Shown here one piece after another: positions 49,201 to 60,293 of a stretch of DNA of 64,000 nucleotides. A program made the position numbers and the translations under genes. This DNA comes from an uncultured Bacteroidota bacterium (lineage in GTDB: Bacteria; Bacteroidota; Bacteroidia; Flavobacteriales; Flavobacteriaceae), in assembly GCA_902512065.1 (NCBI GenBank), contig CABXHU010000002.1, positions 88,035-152,034 of the forward strand, given 5' to 3'. Each line of letters starts with the position of its first letter. Positions within the stretch are counted from its first letter, which is position 1. A model generated the notes under the pieces. The model saw only the letters and a list, made by a program, of their open reading frames with translations. It searched no databases and was not told the DNA's origin.

Positions 49201-50115
49201 TTACAGAGCACAAACTGCAATTGGTAATAGTCCAGAACCACCTGCTCCTTGAGCATGATTGTAAATCAGTGATCCGTCTGGCGCATATATTTGGAATGAT
49301 ACCTCACTTGGCCATGCATCACCAGTATATGTCCATATTGCTGATTCTGCTAGAGGAGGAATATTTATAGTCACTGATCCTGATACTCCAGCTGCATTAA
49401 ATGGAACAGCTTGGCAACCAGTAGGAGTAAAATCACCCCAGTAGCCACAAAGCGAAGCAACTTGCTCTACACCATCAACATTTACTACAATCCCATTACT
49501 TTGCCATCCATCACCGTAACTGTCTTGCATATCAACAACATAGCCACCATCTGCTGGAGAACAAGTTAATAATGCATTGTATTTGAATGGTGAAGAGAAG
49601 AATCCACCAGTAATAATACCAGCAGCTGATGTCCAATCATATAATCTTCCATCAGTTAATTCAACTTCTAGTCCAACTACAAATACATCACCAGGAACAT
49701 AATCAGTTCCATTTGCCATTAATCCCATAGCAGCAGTAGCATCACCAAAAGTAAGCTCAACTGTTCCTCTAGGAAGTCCAACAGGTCCTGTAGTAAATTC
49801 ACTTGCAGTCATTGACCTTACATATATAAAGTCAGTACTGCTATCACCGTTATCGGGACTAAGGTCCTTCATTTGTACATAAACGTTAACTTGAGCAAAT
49901 AAGGCACCATCTGCTTCATCTTGTTCCTCTACTTCCACACTAAATGTGCTCATAGGATCACTAGAATTCAAGACAGCGTTATTCACTGAAATTGTTCTTA
50001 GTATTGCTCCAGTCTCGTAGTCCAGAACTGTGTCAATAGTGTTTTCACTATCTACACAAGAAACTACTAAAAGAGAAGCAAATAAAAATTTAAATATATT
50101 TCTCATAGTTTTCAT
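49201..50115 (-). CDS. PUL-associated surface lipoprotein of unknown function (SusE/F positional analog) with a Cys-rich C-terminal module
   Basis: Lipobox LVVSCVD. It lies immediately downstream of susD. The C-terminal 120 aa carry DSYGDGW and GDAWPSEVSF motifs and 5 Cys. Confidence 0.65.
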   Translation of the reverse strand: MKTMRNIFKFLFASLLVVSCVDSENTIDTVLDYETGAILRTISVNNAVLNSSDPMSTFSVEVEEQDEADGALFAQVNVYVQMKDLSPDNGDSSTDFIYVRSMTASEFTTGPVGLPRGTVELTFGDATAAMGLMANGTDYVPGDVFVVGLEVELTDGRLYDWTSAAGIITGGFFSSPFKYNALLTCSPADGGYVVDMQDSYGDGWQSNGIVVNVDGVEQVASLCGYWGDFTPTGCQAVPFNAAGVSGSVTINIPPLAESAIWTYTGDAWPSEVSFQIYAPDGSLIYNHAQGAGGSGLLPIAVCAL

Positions 50116-50120
50116 TTTTT

Positions 50121-51995
50121 TTAATTAGAAGGATTAGTTACTCCCGAATCCCAAAAGACAGTCGTTGAATTATCTTGTCTTTGTAAGATATTAGGATTAG
50201 CACTTATTTCGCTAGAAGGATAAGTACCAGTTCTAGGGAATGGTCCTGATTCAGTGTTATCCATAAGTCCTCTAGACAACGTTCTCGGGTGTCCAGTTCT
50301 TCTTATGAAGTTCCACGCATCATTCGCACCTCCATACATAGCAACAAAATATTGTTCTCCTAGTATATCCATTTTATCTTTTTCAACAGGCCATCCTAAT
50401 CCATCTAAACCAGATGTTGTAGGAGCAGCGTTGAATTGTGCCATTACATCAGCAACAAAAGCAGATACCATACCAGAAGTAGGGAACATACTTGCATCAG
50501 CCTCAGCATCAACAGCTGAAAAGCTCATTACTTTCGTAATTGATTCGTTCATTCCAGCTTCCATGTATGTTGCAGCCATTGCAGCATCACCTGAAGCTAA
50601 AGCAGCTTCAGCTTTCATAAACTTAACATATGATGATAAGTATACTGGCCACATACCTTGTCCACCACCACCATTTCCTTGCCATACTTGACCTGGGTTA
50701 AATTCTACCGAAGCTCCCTGCCAGGCAACACCGTCAGTTCCCCCAATATCAGGCATATTATCATAACTACCAGCAGAAGGATAAACCCCTGTAGCAGTTC
50801 TAGTAAATCCATCAGGAGGTGTTCCTTCATCATTACCATGATGTCTACCCCAGTATCCCAGGAAGTTTGAACACCATCTTCCATCACCATACATAGTACT
50901 TCCATCAGCAGTAAACTCTAAATGGAATGGTTGATCTTGTAATGAACACTGAAGTGTTTCTCCATTAGCTGTATAATCAGGAACATTCCAATCATATGGA
51001 TACATCTCGATTGTTGGATTCAGTACACCATCATCAGTTCTATCATAATAAAGCATACTTGAATTCCCAGGAGTATTCCATGTTTGTCTATAGAAGTAAT
51101 ATCTTCTTCTAGGGTCATTCACTGGATGATTTCCAGCTAAGTGATCAGCTTCAGTAACATCGTGCCAATCATCAGTTTCACCATCCATAAGGTCCATTAA
51201 CCAAGATGATTGATAAATATTAGCACCAGATGTAGTATAGTCACTTTGATACCAAGGGTGACGTGTATCTGGTTGTAATTCTTGCGTACCATAATTAAAC
51301 TGCATATCATCAGCAGCAGTCTCAATAACATTTGTTTGAGCTAATACAGCTGAATAATTACCTTGTGTAAGTGCTGAACGCATTTTTAAAGTGTTAATAT
51401 ATTTTGTCCATGAAGAAGTTGATCCTCCAAAAAACATATCACTTCCACCACCTGAGGCATCAAGATAACCTTGAGCTTCATCAAGCATTGCCATTGCAGC
51501 AGCATAAACTTCTGCATCATCAGAAACGCTTGGGCTAGGATACTCATTAGGGTTATTTGCTTCAGCCCATGGAATATCTCCCACAGAATCAACAATACCC
51601 ATCATAATGTGAGCAGCCATTGCTTTTGAAATACCTACGTGGAAAGCCAATAAATTGTCTTCACCGTTTAATCCTTCAATAGCGGCAATATCAGGCATAA
51701 TGCTAGCATATAATTGATACCAAGCACTGCTTATAGTTCCACTACCAAAATTGTTATAGTATACTCTACCACCCATATAACTTATTCTTCCTAATGATGC
51801 ACCGTTATACTGCATATCTTGCATAGCGCCTAGGAATGCTATTTGGATGTTGTTTAATAACAGATCAGCATCCGCTAGATCTGGAGATAGTGAGTTAGGA
51901 CTCGCTAGATCTTCTAATTCCATGGTTTCACATGAGTAGAACATCGTAGCCGAAGCTAACACCATCATCATTAAATATTTAAATATTCTTTTCAT
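50121..51995 (-). CDS. susD: SusD/RagB-family nutrient-binding outer-membrane lipoprotein
   Basis: Lipobox FYSCET. It lies directly downstream of a SusC-type TBDT. It has a TPR-like helical N-region, and its 624 aa are on the long side for the family. Confidence 0.8.
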   Translation of the reverse strand: MKRIFKYLMMMVLASATMFYSCETMELEDLASPNSLSPDLADADLLLNNIQIAFLGAMQDMQYNGASLGRISYMGGRVYYNNFGSGTISSAWYQLYASIMPDIAAIEGLNGEDNLLAFHVGISKAMAAHIMMGIVDSVGDIPWAEANNPNEYPSPSVSDDAEVYAAAMAMLDEAQGYLDASGGGSDMFFGGSTSSWTKYINTLKMRSALTQGNYSAVLAQTNVIETAADDMQFNYGTQELQPDTRHPWYQSDYTTSGANIYQSSWLMDLMDGETDDWHDVTEADHLAGNHPVNDPRRRYYFYRQTWNTPGNSSMLYYDRTDDGVLNPTIEMYPYDWNVPDYTANGETLQCSLQDQPFHLEFTADGSTMYGDGRWCSNFLGYWGRHHGNDEGTPPDGFTRTATGVYPSAGSYDNMPDIGGTDGVAWQGASVEFNPGQVWQGNGGGGQGMWPVYLSSYVKFMKAEAALASGDAAMAATYMEAGMNESITKVMSFSAVDAEADASMFPTSGMVSAFVADVMAQFNAAPTTSGLDGLGWPVEKDKMDILGEQYFVAMYGGANDAWNFIRRTGHPRTLSRGLMDNTESGPFPRTGTYPSSEISANPNILQRQDNSTTVFWDSGVTNPSN

Positions 51996-52015
51996 AATTA
52001 ATTGATTTTACGTTA

Positions 52016-55000
52016 TTAAAATGATGCTTTAAGACTAACACCCCACCTTTTTGAACTAGGTCCATTAAGGAAGTCCCAACCTCTTGCATTACCGACACCG
52101 GTACCTGCAACATTAGGATCGTAATTAGTAGCATCTGGAACATTATAAGCGTCATACCATAGGTTAAATCCAGTAGCTGTTAATGATAATGCACCAAATG
52201 GTGTGTTATCTAACATCTTTTGTGGAACTGACCATGATAATGATACTTCTTGAAGTCTTACAACAGAACCGTCATAAACAGACATTTCAAGTGGGCCAAA
52301 CAACACATTATTGAAATAATAAGATGAGTTGTTTACCTGTAGGTTGTTAGGAGTACCGTCAGCTAAAACACCAGGAAGAATAAATGTATTCTTTCTGTCA
52401 GTAACGATTCCACCACGACCTAATAATGTAGCAACTGTTTTAGCTACTATATCTCCACCAGCTGTATGGCTTAATTGCCATCCAAGTGTAAAGTCTTTAT
52501 ACTTTAATGTATTTATAACATTCATAACGTAATCTGGTTCAGGATCACCAATAATAGGTGTAATAGTTCTTGAACCTTCTGTTCCTAGAGGAACTTCATT
52601 TCCGTTAGCATCGATTGCCATAACTCCTTCTGAACCGTAGTTACCAGAAGCATTAACAACCATATTCCCGTTATCATCTCTTTCGATTCTCGTACCAACG
52701 ATAACCCCTAAAGGCTCTCCTTGGATAGCAGCATTACCACCTAACCAAGTAGCAGTAGAACCACCAAATATAATTTGATCATCTGATTGCTCTGTTACAA
52801 CATTAGAACCTGTAGTAAAGTTAACTCTTGCATTCCAGCTAAGACCATCAACATTCACAGGAATGATATCAAACATTTCTAAATCAACATCAACTTCTAT
52901 ACCATCACCTTCAATCTTACCAATGTTATCTTGTGTTTGAGTAGAACCAGTAGATGTTGGAAGAGGCTTGTATACAATTAAGTCATTACTTGTTCTTTCA
53001 AAGTAAGAAGCATTAATTCCAATCCTGTTCCCCCAAACTCTTGCATCAACTCCAACTTCAAGTTCAGCAAGTAATTCTGGTTTAAGATCTGGGTTAGCCT
53101 GGAAGTCACTTACAGAGTTAGTTGTAACACCACCATTTAAACCACCATTTTGGTTTGTTGATTGTGATACACTATTAACTGTAGGATAACCACCTGGGAA
53201 ACCAGCTGATGTTCCATATCCAGCTCTTACTTTCAAGTAAGTTAAGTCATCAGACTTGATGCTTTCATCCATTGATGTAGGCAAGAATGATACACTAGCA
53301 CTTGGATAGAACATGCTATTATTCTCTGTTGGTAGGTTAGAAACCCAGTCATTTCTAGCAGAAACTTGTACGAATAAGAAATCTCTATAATCGATATCTG
53401 CACTACCAAATACACCTAAAGTATTTTGGTGACCATGGTATGACATTGGTGTTTGATTCTCATAGTTAAAGTGTTGAATCACACCATATACGATCTGTCC
53501 GCTACTTGAAACACCTTCACGATCGTAGTTTCTCATTTTTGATTCAGCTCCAACTGTCCACGTAAGACCAACGTCATCACTTAAATCAGCACTACCATTT
53601 AATCCAACATAATGGTTCCAGATAGTTACGTTGTTATCCCAAGTATCAAGATAACCGTAAATTGCCTGGCTAAAGTTTACACCATTTTTGTTAGAGTATG
53701 CTTTGTTTCTTTCATTATACCAGTCAATACCAGCACGATATGTAAGAGACAGATTATCATTGATATCATAAGTTAAAGTAGCAGTACCAAATACTCTATT
53801 AGTGGTTTGACCACCTTGAGAGTTAGCTACTGACCAATTTGGATTAATGATATCGTTACCATTTCTATAGTAAATACTACCACCATTTTCAGGTATAGTA
53901 TATGGTAATCCCATTAAGTCAACGTTTCTTGGCGTAAAGAATACATTACCAAATGTTGACCATCCCATTGTTCCGTTACCTCTAGAAGAAGCAACCGGAG
54001 GAGATACCATCTGAGTGTTACTGTAGTTCATAGAACCACTAACAGTAAACTTATTACTTAGCTCAGCACGTCCACCAATAGAAATTGTATTTCTTTTAAG
54101 TGCATTACCAGGTGTAAATCCTTTTTCATCAAGGTTACCCCAGTTTACGTTATAAGAAACTTTACCATCGTCTGAAGCACCTCTTATATTAACAGATGTG
54201 TTAGAAACACCACCTGATCTAAAGAAGTTCTCAACACTTTCGTAAGGTTGCCATACATAACGCTGACCAGTGTACTCTTGATTTAATACGTTATTACCAC
54301 CTAAAAATGCATTTAGGAATGCACCTGATCCATATGGATGCTCTACAGTCCCTACACCATCAGTATCAACAATAGTTCCAGCTGGGTCATTTGCCCATCC
54401 GTCAACACCGTCTCTTGCGAAAGCAGGCCCCCAGTTACTGAAGAACCATCCGAATGATTGGTCGAAACCACCACCGTATTGATTTTGATACTCTGGCATT
54501 GATGCAATCTCATTAACAAAATAAGATTGATTAACAGTTATTTCTGTTTTCTTAGGTCCTTTAGGTCCTAAAGATCCAGATTTTGTTGTGATTACAATTA
54601 CACCATTCTTACCAGCTGTTCCATATAGTGTAGCAGCTGCTAAACCTTTAAGAACGTTAACACTAGCAATGTTGTTTGGGTCAAGATCTAAAAATCTTGA
54701 AGATCCGATGTTACCACCGATATACCCACCTTGTGCATTTGTATCACTACTGAAAGGTACTCCGTCAACTACGAATAATGCCTGGTTATTACCATTAATA
54801 GAAGTATAACCTCTAATAACAACATTTGTTGCAGAACCAGATGTACCACCTTGAGAGGTAATATTTACACCTGATGCCTTACCAGATAATACTCTAGCAA
54901 CATCACCTTCAGTTCTTTGTTCCATTTCTTCGCCAGCTACTTCACTAACGGCATATCCAAGAGCTTTCTTTTCTCTTTTAATACCAAGTGCCGTAACGAC

Positions 55001-55315
55001 TACTTCTTCAAGTTGAGCAACGTCTTCGCTCATAGTAACATTTACTGTATTGGATGAACCTACTGTTACAGTAACAGAAGTATAACCAACATATGTAAAT
55101 GATAATACAGCTCCCTCGTCAACCATGATGCTATAATTACCATCAAAATCTGACTGAGTTCCCGTTGTTGTTCCTTGAACTACAATATTTACACCGGCTA
55201 CAGGCATTCCTGAATCATCAGAAACATTACCTGAGACAGCTTGTCCCTGCGCAAACGTTAGTTGCGCGACTAACGCCAATATAAGCGTCAAAATTCCACT
55301 AAACTTTGTTTTCAT
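52016..55315 (-). CDS. susC: SusC/RagA-family TonB-dependent outer-membrane transporter
   Basis: N-terminal CarboxypepD_reg-like domain (VSGNVSDDSGMPVAGVNIVVQGTTTGTQSDFDGNYSI). The SusC plug signature is present (EEVVVTALGIKREKKALGYAV, and later DGVP). The protein ends in a terminal Phe. Confidence 0.9.
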   Translation of the reverse strand: MKTKFSGILTLILALVAQLTFAQGQAVSGNVSDDSGMPVAGVNIVVQGTTTGTQSDFDGNYSIMVDEGAVLSFTYVGYTSVTVTVGSSNTVNVTMSEDVAQLEEVVVTALGIKREKKALGYAVSEVAGEEMEQRTEGDVARVLSGKASGVNITSQGGTSGSATNVVIRGYTSINGNNQALFVVDGVPFSSDTNAQGGYIGGNIGSSRFLDLDPNNIASVNVLKGLAAATLYGTAGKNGVIVITTKSGSLGPKGPKKTEITVNQSYFVNEIASMPEYQNQYGGGFDQSFGWFFSNWGPAFARDGVDGWANDPAGTIVDTDGVGTVEHPYGSGAFLNAFLGGNNVLNQEYTGQRYVWQPYESVENFFRSGGVSNTSVNIRGASDDGKVSYNVNWGNLDEKGFTPGNALKRNTISIGGRAELSNKFTVSGSMNYSNTQMVSPPVASSRGNGTMGWSTFGNVFFTPRNVDLMGLPYTIPENGGSIYYRNGNDIINPNWSVANSQGGQTTNRVFGTATLTYDINDNLSLTYRAGIDWYNERNKAYSNKNGVNFSQAIYGYLDTWDNNVTIWNHYVGLNGSADLSDDVGLTWTVGAESKMRNYDREGVSSSGQIVYGVIQHFNYENQTPMSYHGHQNTLGVFGSADIDYRDFLFVQVSARNDWVSNLPTENNSMFYPSASVSFLPTSMDESIKSDDLTYLKVRAGYGTSAGFPGGYPTVNSVSQSTNQNGGLNGGVTTNSVSDFQANPDLKPELLAELEVGVDARVWGNRIGINASYFERTSNDLIVYKPLPTSTGSTQTQDNIGKIEGDGIEVDVDLEMFDIIPVNVDGLSWNARVNFTTGSNVVTEQSDDQIIFGGSTATWLGGNAAIQGEPLGVIVGTRIERDDNGNMVVNASGNYGSEGVMAIDANGNEVPLGTEGSRTITPIIGDPEPDYVMNVINTLKYKDFTLGWQLSHTAGGDIVAKTVATLLGRGGIVTDRKNTFILPGVLADGTPNNLQVNNSSYYFNNVLFGPLEMSVYDGSVVRLQEVSLSWSVPQKMLDNTPFGALSLTATGFNLWYDAYNVPDATNYDPNVAGTGVGNARGWDFLNGPSSKRWGVSLKASF

Positions 55316-55425
55316 TTTTTAATTTATTTGAATTAGTCCAACTGCAAAAATCATAATAAAATGTTAATAAAACAAAACAATTATGTAAAAATTTACGTTT
55401 TTTTATCAGCTAACAGGTTAGATGA

Positions 55426-57108
55426 TCAGAAAAAAGATCTAAAATTAATGTGTATTCTAGCATTTTTAGTGTTTATTTTTTCTTTTAAATCAGAACCTAC
55501 AGCATAGTTTATAGAGAATAAACCTCCCTTAGTAAGTAATCCAACCCCAATTCCTACACCATATATATTACTATAGGAATTAATTAGCTTATTTTCATAA
55601 TTTCCAATATCAAATATGCTATTAATATATATGGAGTTGCTTAATTCGTATCTATACTCTGTTATTAAAAGAAAATATTTATTTGAGAATAAACTATTCT
55701 CATCAAAGCCTCTTATTGATTTGGCACCTCCAAATCTAGATAATTCATTAGATAAGTATGTGTCAGATTCTAGGATTTCAGATTTGAAATTTATGTAAAG
55801 ACTGTTTTTAAAATCAAAATCAAAGATTTTAATAAAATTCATATTGGCATACACCTGTTTGTTTTCTTGATCATCAGAGATTCTATTTCCTTGAGAAATT
55901 TTAAATAAATAACTCTGTCTAACTGGAAATAATAGGCTTTCCAGATTAAATTCCATGAATTCATATTGAAAATCTTTAAATACAGTTTTAAAATCTTGAA
56001 AATTATTATTTGGTACTTCTAATTGTTCGTCTGAATTTATTGAACGTAGTCCTAATGAAAATTTATGATTATTAGAATTTTTGTAGAAGAAATTAGTAAA
56101 CTGCTCATTAGATACGAAGGATGAGTCCTTTTTTGTTAGCTTAAGACCAAGGTTTATTCCTATTGGACTTTTAAATATGTAGGGTAGATCAATGTTGGTT
56201 TCTAATATTCTATCTGTATTTTTTTCACTTTTGTATAAAAACTCAATTTTTTCACCAAAATTAAAATTATTTACAAGTTCAAAATCTAAATATCCTTGTA
56301 ATTGAATATTATTTTCTGATTCATCATTTGAAAAACCAATAAATCCATCAAAACTATTCTTTTTCAGCTTTTCAATGTATAAATAAATGCTTGTTGAATC
56401 CGCAGTAAACAGAATTTCTGGTTTTTTAGTCTGTTTTATGAAGACAAGCTGATTTAATAACTTACTGCTTTGTTGTACTTGCTCCATGTTAAATTTCTTT
56501 CCAACCTTATATTTTGTAAGATGTTTAAGATAGGATTTGGGGAATTTTTCATAACCTTTAACTACTATTTTGTCAATTTCTCTTTGTTTTTCATAATTAA
56601 TTTGAATTTCGGCTTGTAAATTATTAAGCTCAAATGTCTTAATATTTACAAACTTTGCTGAATTAAAAGGAAAGCCATTTTGTGATGCATATTGGTTTAA
56701 TTTTTTAAAAAAATCTTGAATATTTTCAATAGGTAATTTAACAGTCTTTTTACCATCAATTATTTTATAATTTTCATACCCTTTTAAGCTTATTGAATCT
56801 ACCCCTAAAACATAGATATATTTAATTTTATTTTTTAATGTAATTTCAGCTAAATATTCATTATTTTTAATCTGTTGAATTTGATTTATAGATGCATTTA
56901 AAAATCCAGTTTTTTGAAGATTTTTAATTGTATTATCAACCTCATTTTTTAACTCCTCAAAAGTATCAAAAGTTTTGTTATAATTAATGCCTGAAATTAT
57001 GTCATTTTCTTGACCAATATTGGAATATATTTCAAGCTTTAAGTTTTGTGAAAAACTTATGCTGAAAATCAGCACAAATAGTAAAAATAATTTGTTTTTA
57101 ATTTTCAT
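55426..57108 (-). CDS. Omp85/BamA-superfamily-like outer-membrane beta-barrel protein
   Basis: Has a signal peptide and a POTRA-like N-region. The C-terminal half shows an alternating beta-strand pattern and ends in HINFRSFF, an OMP C-terminal Phe signature. Confidence 0.5.
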   Translation of the reverse strand: MKIKNKLFLLFVLIFSISFSQNLKLEIYSNIGQENDIISGINYNKTFDTFEELKNEVDNTIKNLQKTGFLNASINQIQQIKNNEYLAEITLKNKIKYIYVLGVDSISLKGYENYKIIDGKKTVKLPIENIQDFFKKLNQYASQNGFPFNSAKFVNIKTFELNNLQAEIQINYEKQREIDKIVVKGYEKFPKSYLKHLTKYKVGKKFNMEQVQQSSKLLNQLVFIKQTKKPEILFTADSTSIYLYIEKLKKNSFDGFIGFSNDESENNIQLQGYLDFELVNNFNFGEKIEFLYKSEKNTDRILETNIDLPYIFKSPIGINLGLKLTKKDSSFVSNEQFTNFFYKNSNNHKFSLGLRSINSDEQLEVPNNNFQDFKTVFKDFQYEFMEFNLESLLFPVRQSYLFKISQGNRISDDQENKQVYANMNFIKIFDFDFKNSLYINFKSEILESDTYLSNELSRFGGAKSIRGFDENSLFSNKYFLLITEYRYELSNSIYINSIFDIGNYENKLINSYSNIYGVGIGVGLLTKGGLFSINYAVGSDLKEKINTKNARIHINFRSFF

Positions 57109-57223
57109 AGATTATTCTCTTATCAACTAACGATAATTTTATCATTTTAATATAATTTACAGGAATAATTAAAAAAACATTTAAAATATATCTGTTAACA
57201 TTTGAATAATTGATTTTAATTTT

Positions 57224-57231
57224 TACCTTTG
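57224..57231 (+). promoter_or_regulatory. -7 promoter box TAccTTTG upstream of rpsL (str operon)
   Basis: TAnnTTTG match, 45 nt upstream of the ATG at 57276. Confidence 0.5.
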
Positions 57232-57275
57232 CACGCCTTCTCGAGAAATACGAGGGGGAAATAAATATAGAATAT

Positions 57276-57650
57276 ATGCCAACTATATCGCAATTAGTAA
57301 GGAAGGGAAGAGCCAAATCAACTAAGAAAAGTAAATCGGCTGCTTTGAATTCATGTCCTCAGAAGAGAGGCGTTTGTACTCGTGTATACACTACTACTCC
57401 AAAGAAACCTAATTCAGCTATGAGGAAGGTTGCTAGAGTTAGGCTTACCAATGGTAATGAAGTGAATGCTTATATACCTGGTGAAGGACATAATTTACAA
57501 GAACACTCAATAGTATTAGTTAGAGGTGGAAGAGTTAAAGATTTACCAGGGGTTAGATATCATATAATTCGTGGAGCTCTTGATACTGCTGGTGTAGAAG
57601 GTAGAACACAAAGAAGATCTAAATACGGCGCAAAAAAGCCAAAAAAATAA
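57276..57650 (+). CDS. rpsL: 30S ribosomal protein S12
   Basis: [12 protein letters not shown] is the canonical S12 start. The ORF-track start at 57210 adds 22 non-conserved residues and was trimmed. Confidence 0.95.
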   Translation: MPTISQLVRKGRAKSTKKSKSAALNSCPQKRGVCTRVYTTTPKKPNSAMRKVARVRLTNGNEVNAYIPGEGHNLQEHSIVLVRGGRVKDLPGVRYHIIRGALDTAGVEGRTQRRSKYGAKKPKK

Positions 57651-57667
57651 TCAAAGTAATTATATAG

Positions 57668-58153
57668 ATGAGAAAAAAACAGGCAAAGAAACGACCTTTA
57701 TTACCAGATCCTAGATTTAATGATCAGCTTGTTACTAGGTTTGTTAATATGATGATGTGGAGTGGTAAGAAATCTACTGCCTTTAAAGTTTTTTATGACG
57801 CTATTGATGCTGTTGAATCAAAAAATACTGGTGAAGGAGAGGATAAAAAGGAAGCTATAGAGCTATGGAAGGATGCTTTATCAAATGTGATGCCTCATGT
57901 AGAAGTAAGAAGTAGAAGAGTTGGAGGAGCAACATTTCAAATTCCATCACCAATTAGAGCAGATAGAAAAATTTCAATTGCTATGAAATGGTTAATTAAT
58001 TATTCTAGAAAAAGAAATGAAAAATCTATGGCCTTAAAGCTTGCAGCAGAAATTTTAGCTGCATCAAAAGAAGAAGGTGCTGCTGTAAAGAAAAAGGTTG
58101 ATACTCATAAGATGGCAGAAGCCAATAAAGCATTTTCACATTTTAGATTTTAA
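57668..58153 (+). CDS. rpsG: 30S ribosomal protein S7
   Basis: [15 protein letters not shown] and [16 protein letters not shown] motifs. Confidence 0.95.
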   Translation: MRKKQAKKRPLLPDPRFNDQLVTRFVNMMMWSGKKSTAFKVFYDAIDAVESKNTGEGEDKKEAIELWKDALSNVMPHVEVRSRRVGGATFQIPSPIRADRKISIAMKWLINYSRKRNEKSMALKLAAEILAASKEEGAAVKKKVDTHKMAEANKAFSHFRF

Positions 58154-58155
58154 TT

Positions 58156-60285
58156 ATGGCTAGAGATTTAAGATATACTAGAAATATAGGTATTGCTGCA
58201 CATATTGATGCAGGAAAAACTACTACTACCGAAAGGATCTTATATTATACAGGTGTTTCCCATAAAATTGGAGAAGTTCATGATGGAGCTGCTACAATGG
58301 ATTGGATGGAACAGGAACAGGAAAGAGGTATAACAATTACTTCTGCTGCTACAACTTGTAACTGGAATTTTCCAAGTGAAAATGGAGAACCAACTGAAGA
58401 TTCTAATTCATATCATATGAATATTATAGATACTCCAGGTCACGTAGATTTTACAGTGGAAGTAAACAGGTCATTAAGAGTTCTTGATGGTCTTGTTTTT
58501 TTATTTAGCGCTGTAGATGGTGTAGAGCCTCAGTCTGAGACAAACTGGAGACTTGCAGATAATTATAAAGTTCCAAGAATGGGATTTGTAAATAAAATGG
58601 ATAGACAAGGGTCTAATTTCCAGATGGTTTGTAAGCAAGTTAAAGAAATGCTTGGTTCTAATGCAGTTCCTATTGTCTTGCCTATTGGTGATGAATCAGA
58701 TTTCAAAGGCATTGTTGATCTTATAAAAAATAGAGCAATTGTATGGCATGAAGAATCTATGGGAGCTACATTTGATGTTATAGAGATTCCTGATAATCTT
58801 AAGGAAGAAGCAAAGAAATACAGAGGATTATTAATTGAAGAAGTTGCTACTTATGATGAAAATCTTCTTGAAAAGTATATGGAGGATGAAGATTCAATAA
58901 CTGAAGATGAAATTCACAATGCTCTTAGAGCAGCTGTTATGGATATGTCTATTATTCCAATGATTTGTGGTTCAGCCTTTAAAAATAAAGGAGTTCAGTT
59001 TTTATTAGATGCAGTATGTAGGTATTTACCTTCACCTGTAGATAAAGATGCTATTGTTGGAACAAATCCTAAAAATGATGAAGAAATTTCAAGAAAACCT
59101 TCAGTTGAAGAGCCTTTTTCTGCCTTAGCCTTTAAAATTGCTACTGATCCTTTTGTTGGAAGATTGGCATTTTTCAGAGTCTATTCAGGTAAATTAAATG
59201 CAGGATCATATGTGTTAAATAATAGATCTGACAAAAAAGAAAGAATTTCAAGAATATATCAGATGCATTCAAATAAACAAAACGCTATTGATTGTATTGA
59301 GGCAGGAGATATTGGTGCTGCAGTAGGTTTTAAAGACATTAAAACTGGTGATAGCTTATCTTCAGAAAATTCTCCAATAGTTCTTGAAAGCATGAACTTT
59401 CCAGATCCTGTAATAGGTATTGCAGTCGAGGCAAAAACTAAAGCTGATATTGATAAACTAGGAATGGCATTAGCTAAATTATCTGAAGAAGATCCTACAT
59501 TCACTGTAAGAACTGATGAAGCATCAGGACAAACGATTATTTCTGGAATGGGAGAACTTCACTTAGATATTATTGTAGATAGATTAAGAAGAGAGTTTAA
59601 AGTAGAGGTTAGCCAAGGGGAACCAATGGTTGAATATAAAGAAGCAATTACACAGTTGGCTGATCATAGAGAGGTTTATAAAAAACAATCTGGTGGTAGA
59701 GGTAAATTTGCTGATATAGTATTTACTATAGAACCAGCTGAAGAGGGAAAACCAGGATTAGAATTTATTTCCACTATAAAAGGTGGTAATGTTCCAAGAG
59801 AATTTATTCCTTCTGTTGAAAAAGGATTTAAAGCTGCAATGACTAATGGTCCTTTAGCTGGATATGAAGTTGATTCTATGAAGGTTACCTTAAAAGACGG
59901 ATCTTATCATGATGTTGATTCTGATCAATTATCATTTGAGCTTGCAGCAAAAATTGGATTTAGAGAAGCTGCAAAATCGGCGAGGTTCGTTATCATGGAG
60001 CCAATAATGAAATTAGAAGCTATTACTCCTGAAGAGAATATGGGAGATATAGTTGGAGATTTAAATAGAAGAAGAGGTCAAGTAAATGATATGGGAGATA
60101 GAGCTGGATCAAAGGTTGTTAAAGCTGATGTTCCATTATCTGAAATGTTTGGATATGTAACCTCATTGAGAACATTATCATCTGGTAGAGCTACTTCTAC
60201 TATGGAATTTTCTCATTATGCTGAAACTCCTTCTAGTATTGCAGAACAAGTAATTAAAAATGCAACAGGAACTATTGAAGTTTAA
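58156..60285 (+). CDS. fusA: Elongation factor G
   Basis: [24 protein letters not shown] and DTPGHVDF motifs. Size is 709 aa. Confidence 0.97.
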   Translation: MARDLRYTRNIGIAAHIDAGKTTTTERILYYTGVSHKIGEVHDGAATMDWMEQEQERGITITSAATTCNWNFPSENGEPTEDSNSYHMNIIDTPGHVDFTVEVNRSLRVLDGLVFLFSAVDGVEPQSETNWRLADNYKVPRMGFVNKMDRQGSNFQMVCKQVKEMLGSNAVPIVLPIGDESDFKGIVDLIKNRAIVWHEESMGATFDVIEIPDNLKEEAKKYRGLLIEEVATYDENLLEKYMEDEDSITEDEIHNALRAAVMDMSIIPMICGSAFKNKGVQFLLDAVCRYLPSPVDKDAIVGTNPKNDEEISRKPSVEEPFSALAFKIATDPFVGRLAFFRVYSGKLNAGSYVLNNRSDKKERISRIYQMHSNKQNAIDCIEAGDIGAAVGFKDIKTGDSLSSENSPIVLESMNFPDPVIGIAVEAKTKADIDKLGMALAKLSEEDPTFTVRTDEASGQTIISGMGELHLDIIVDRLRREFKVEVSQGEPMVEYKEAITQLADHREVYKKQSGGRGKFADIVFTIEPAEEGKPGLEFISTIKGGNVPREFIPSVEKGFKAAMTNGPLAGYEVDSMKVTLKDGSYHDVDSDQLSFELAAKIGFREAAKSARFVIMEPIMKLEAITPEENMGDIVGDLNRRRGQVNDMGDRAGSKVVKADVPLSEMFGYVTSLRTLSSGRATSTMEFSHYAETPSSIAEQVIKNATGTIEV

Positions 60286-60293
60286 AATAAATT

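Noticed and set aside
50254-50905. Antisense and alternate-frame ORFs within susD (50254-50691 at 145 aa, 50658-50870, 50705-50905), and similar ones in susC (52329-52532, 54588-54809)
   Set aside because: The locally higher GC content reduces stop-codon frequency in off-frames, so long shadow ORFs are expected. The SusD and SusC frames have lipobox/signal and family signatures.
57098-57316. 72-aa minus-strand ORF and the 22-codon N-terminal extension of rpsL (57210-57275)
   Set aside because: S12 universally starts at MPTI(S/N)QL. The extension would swallow the TAccTTTG promoter box. The minus-strand ORF overlaps the rpsL start and has no support.
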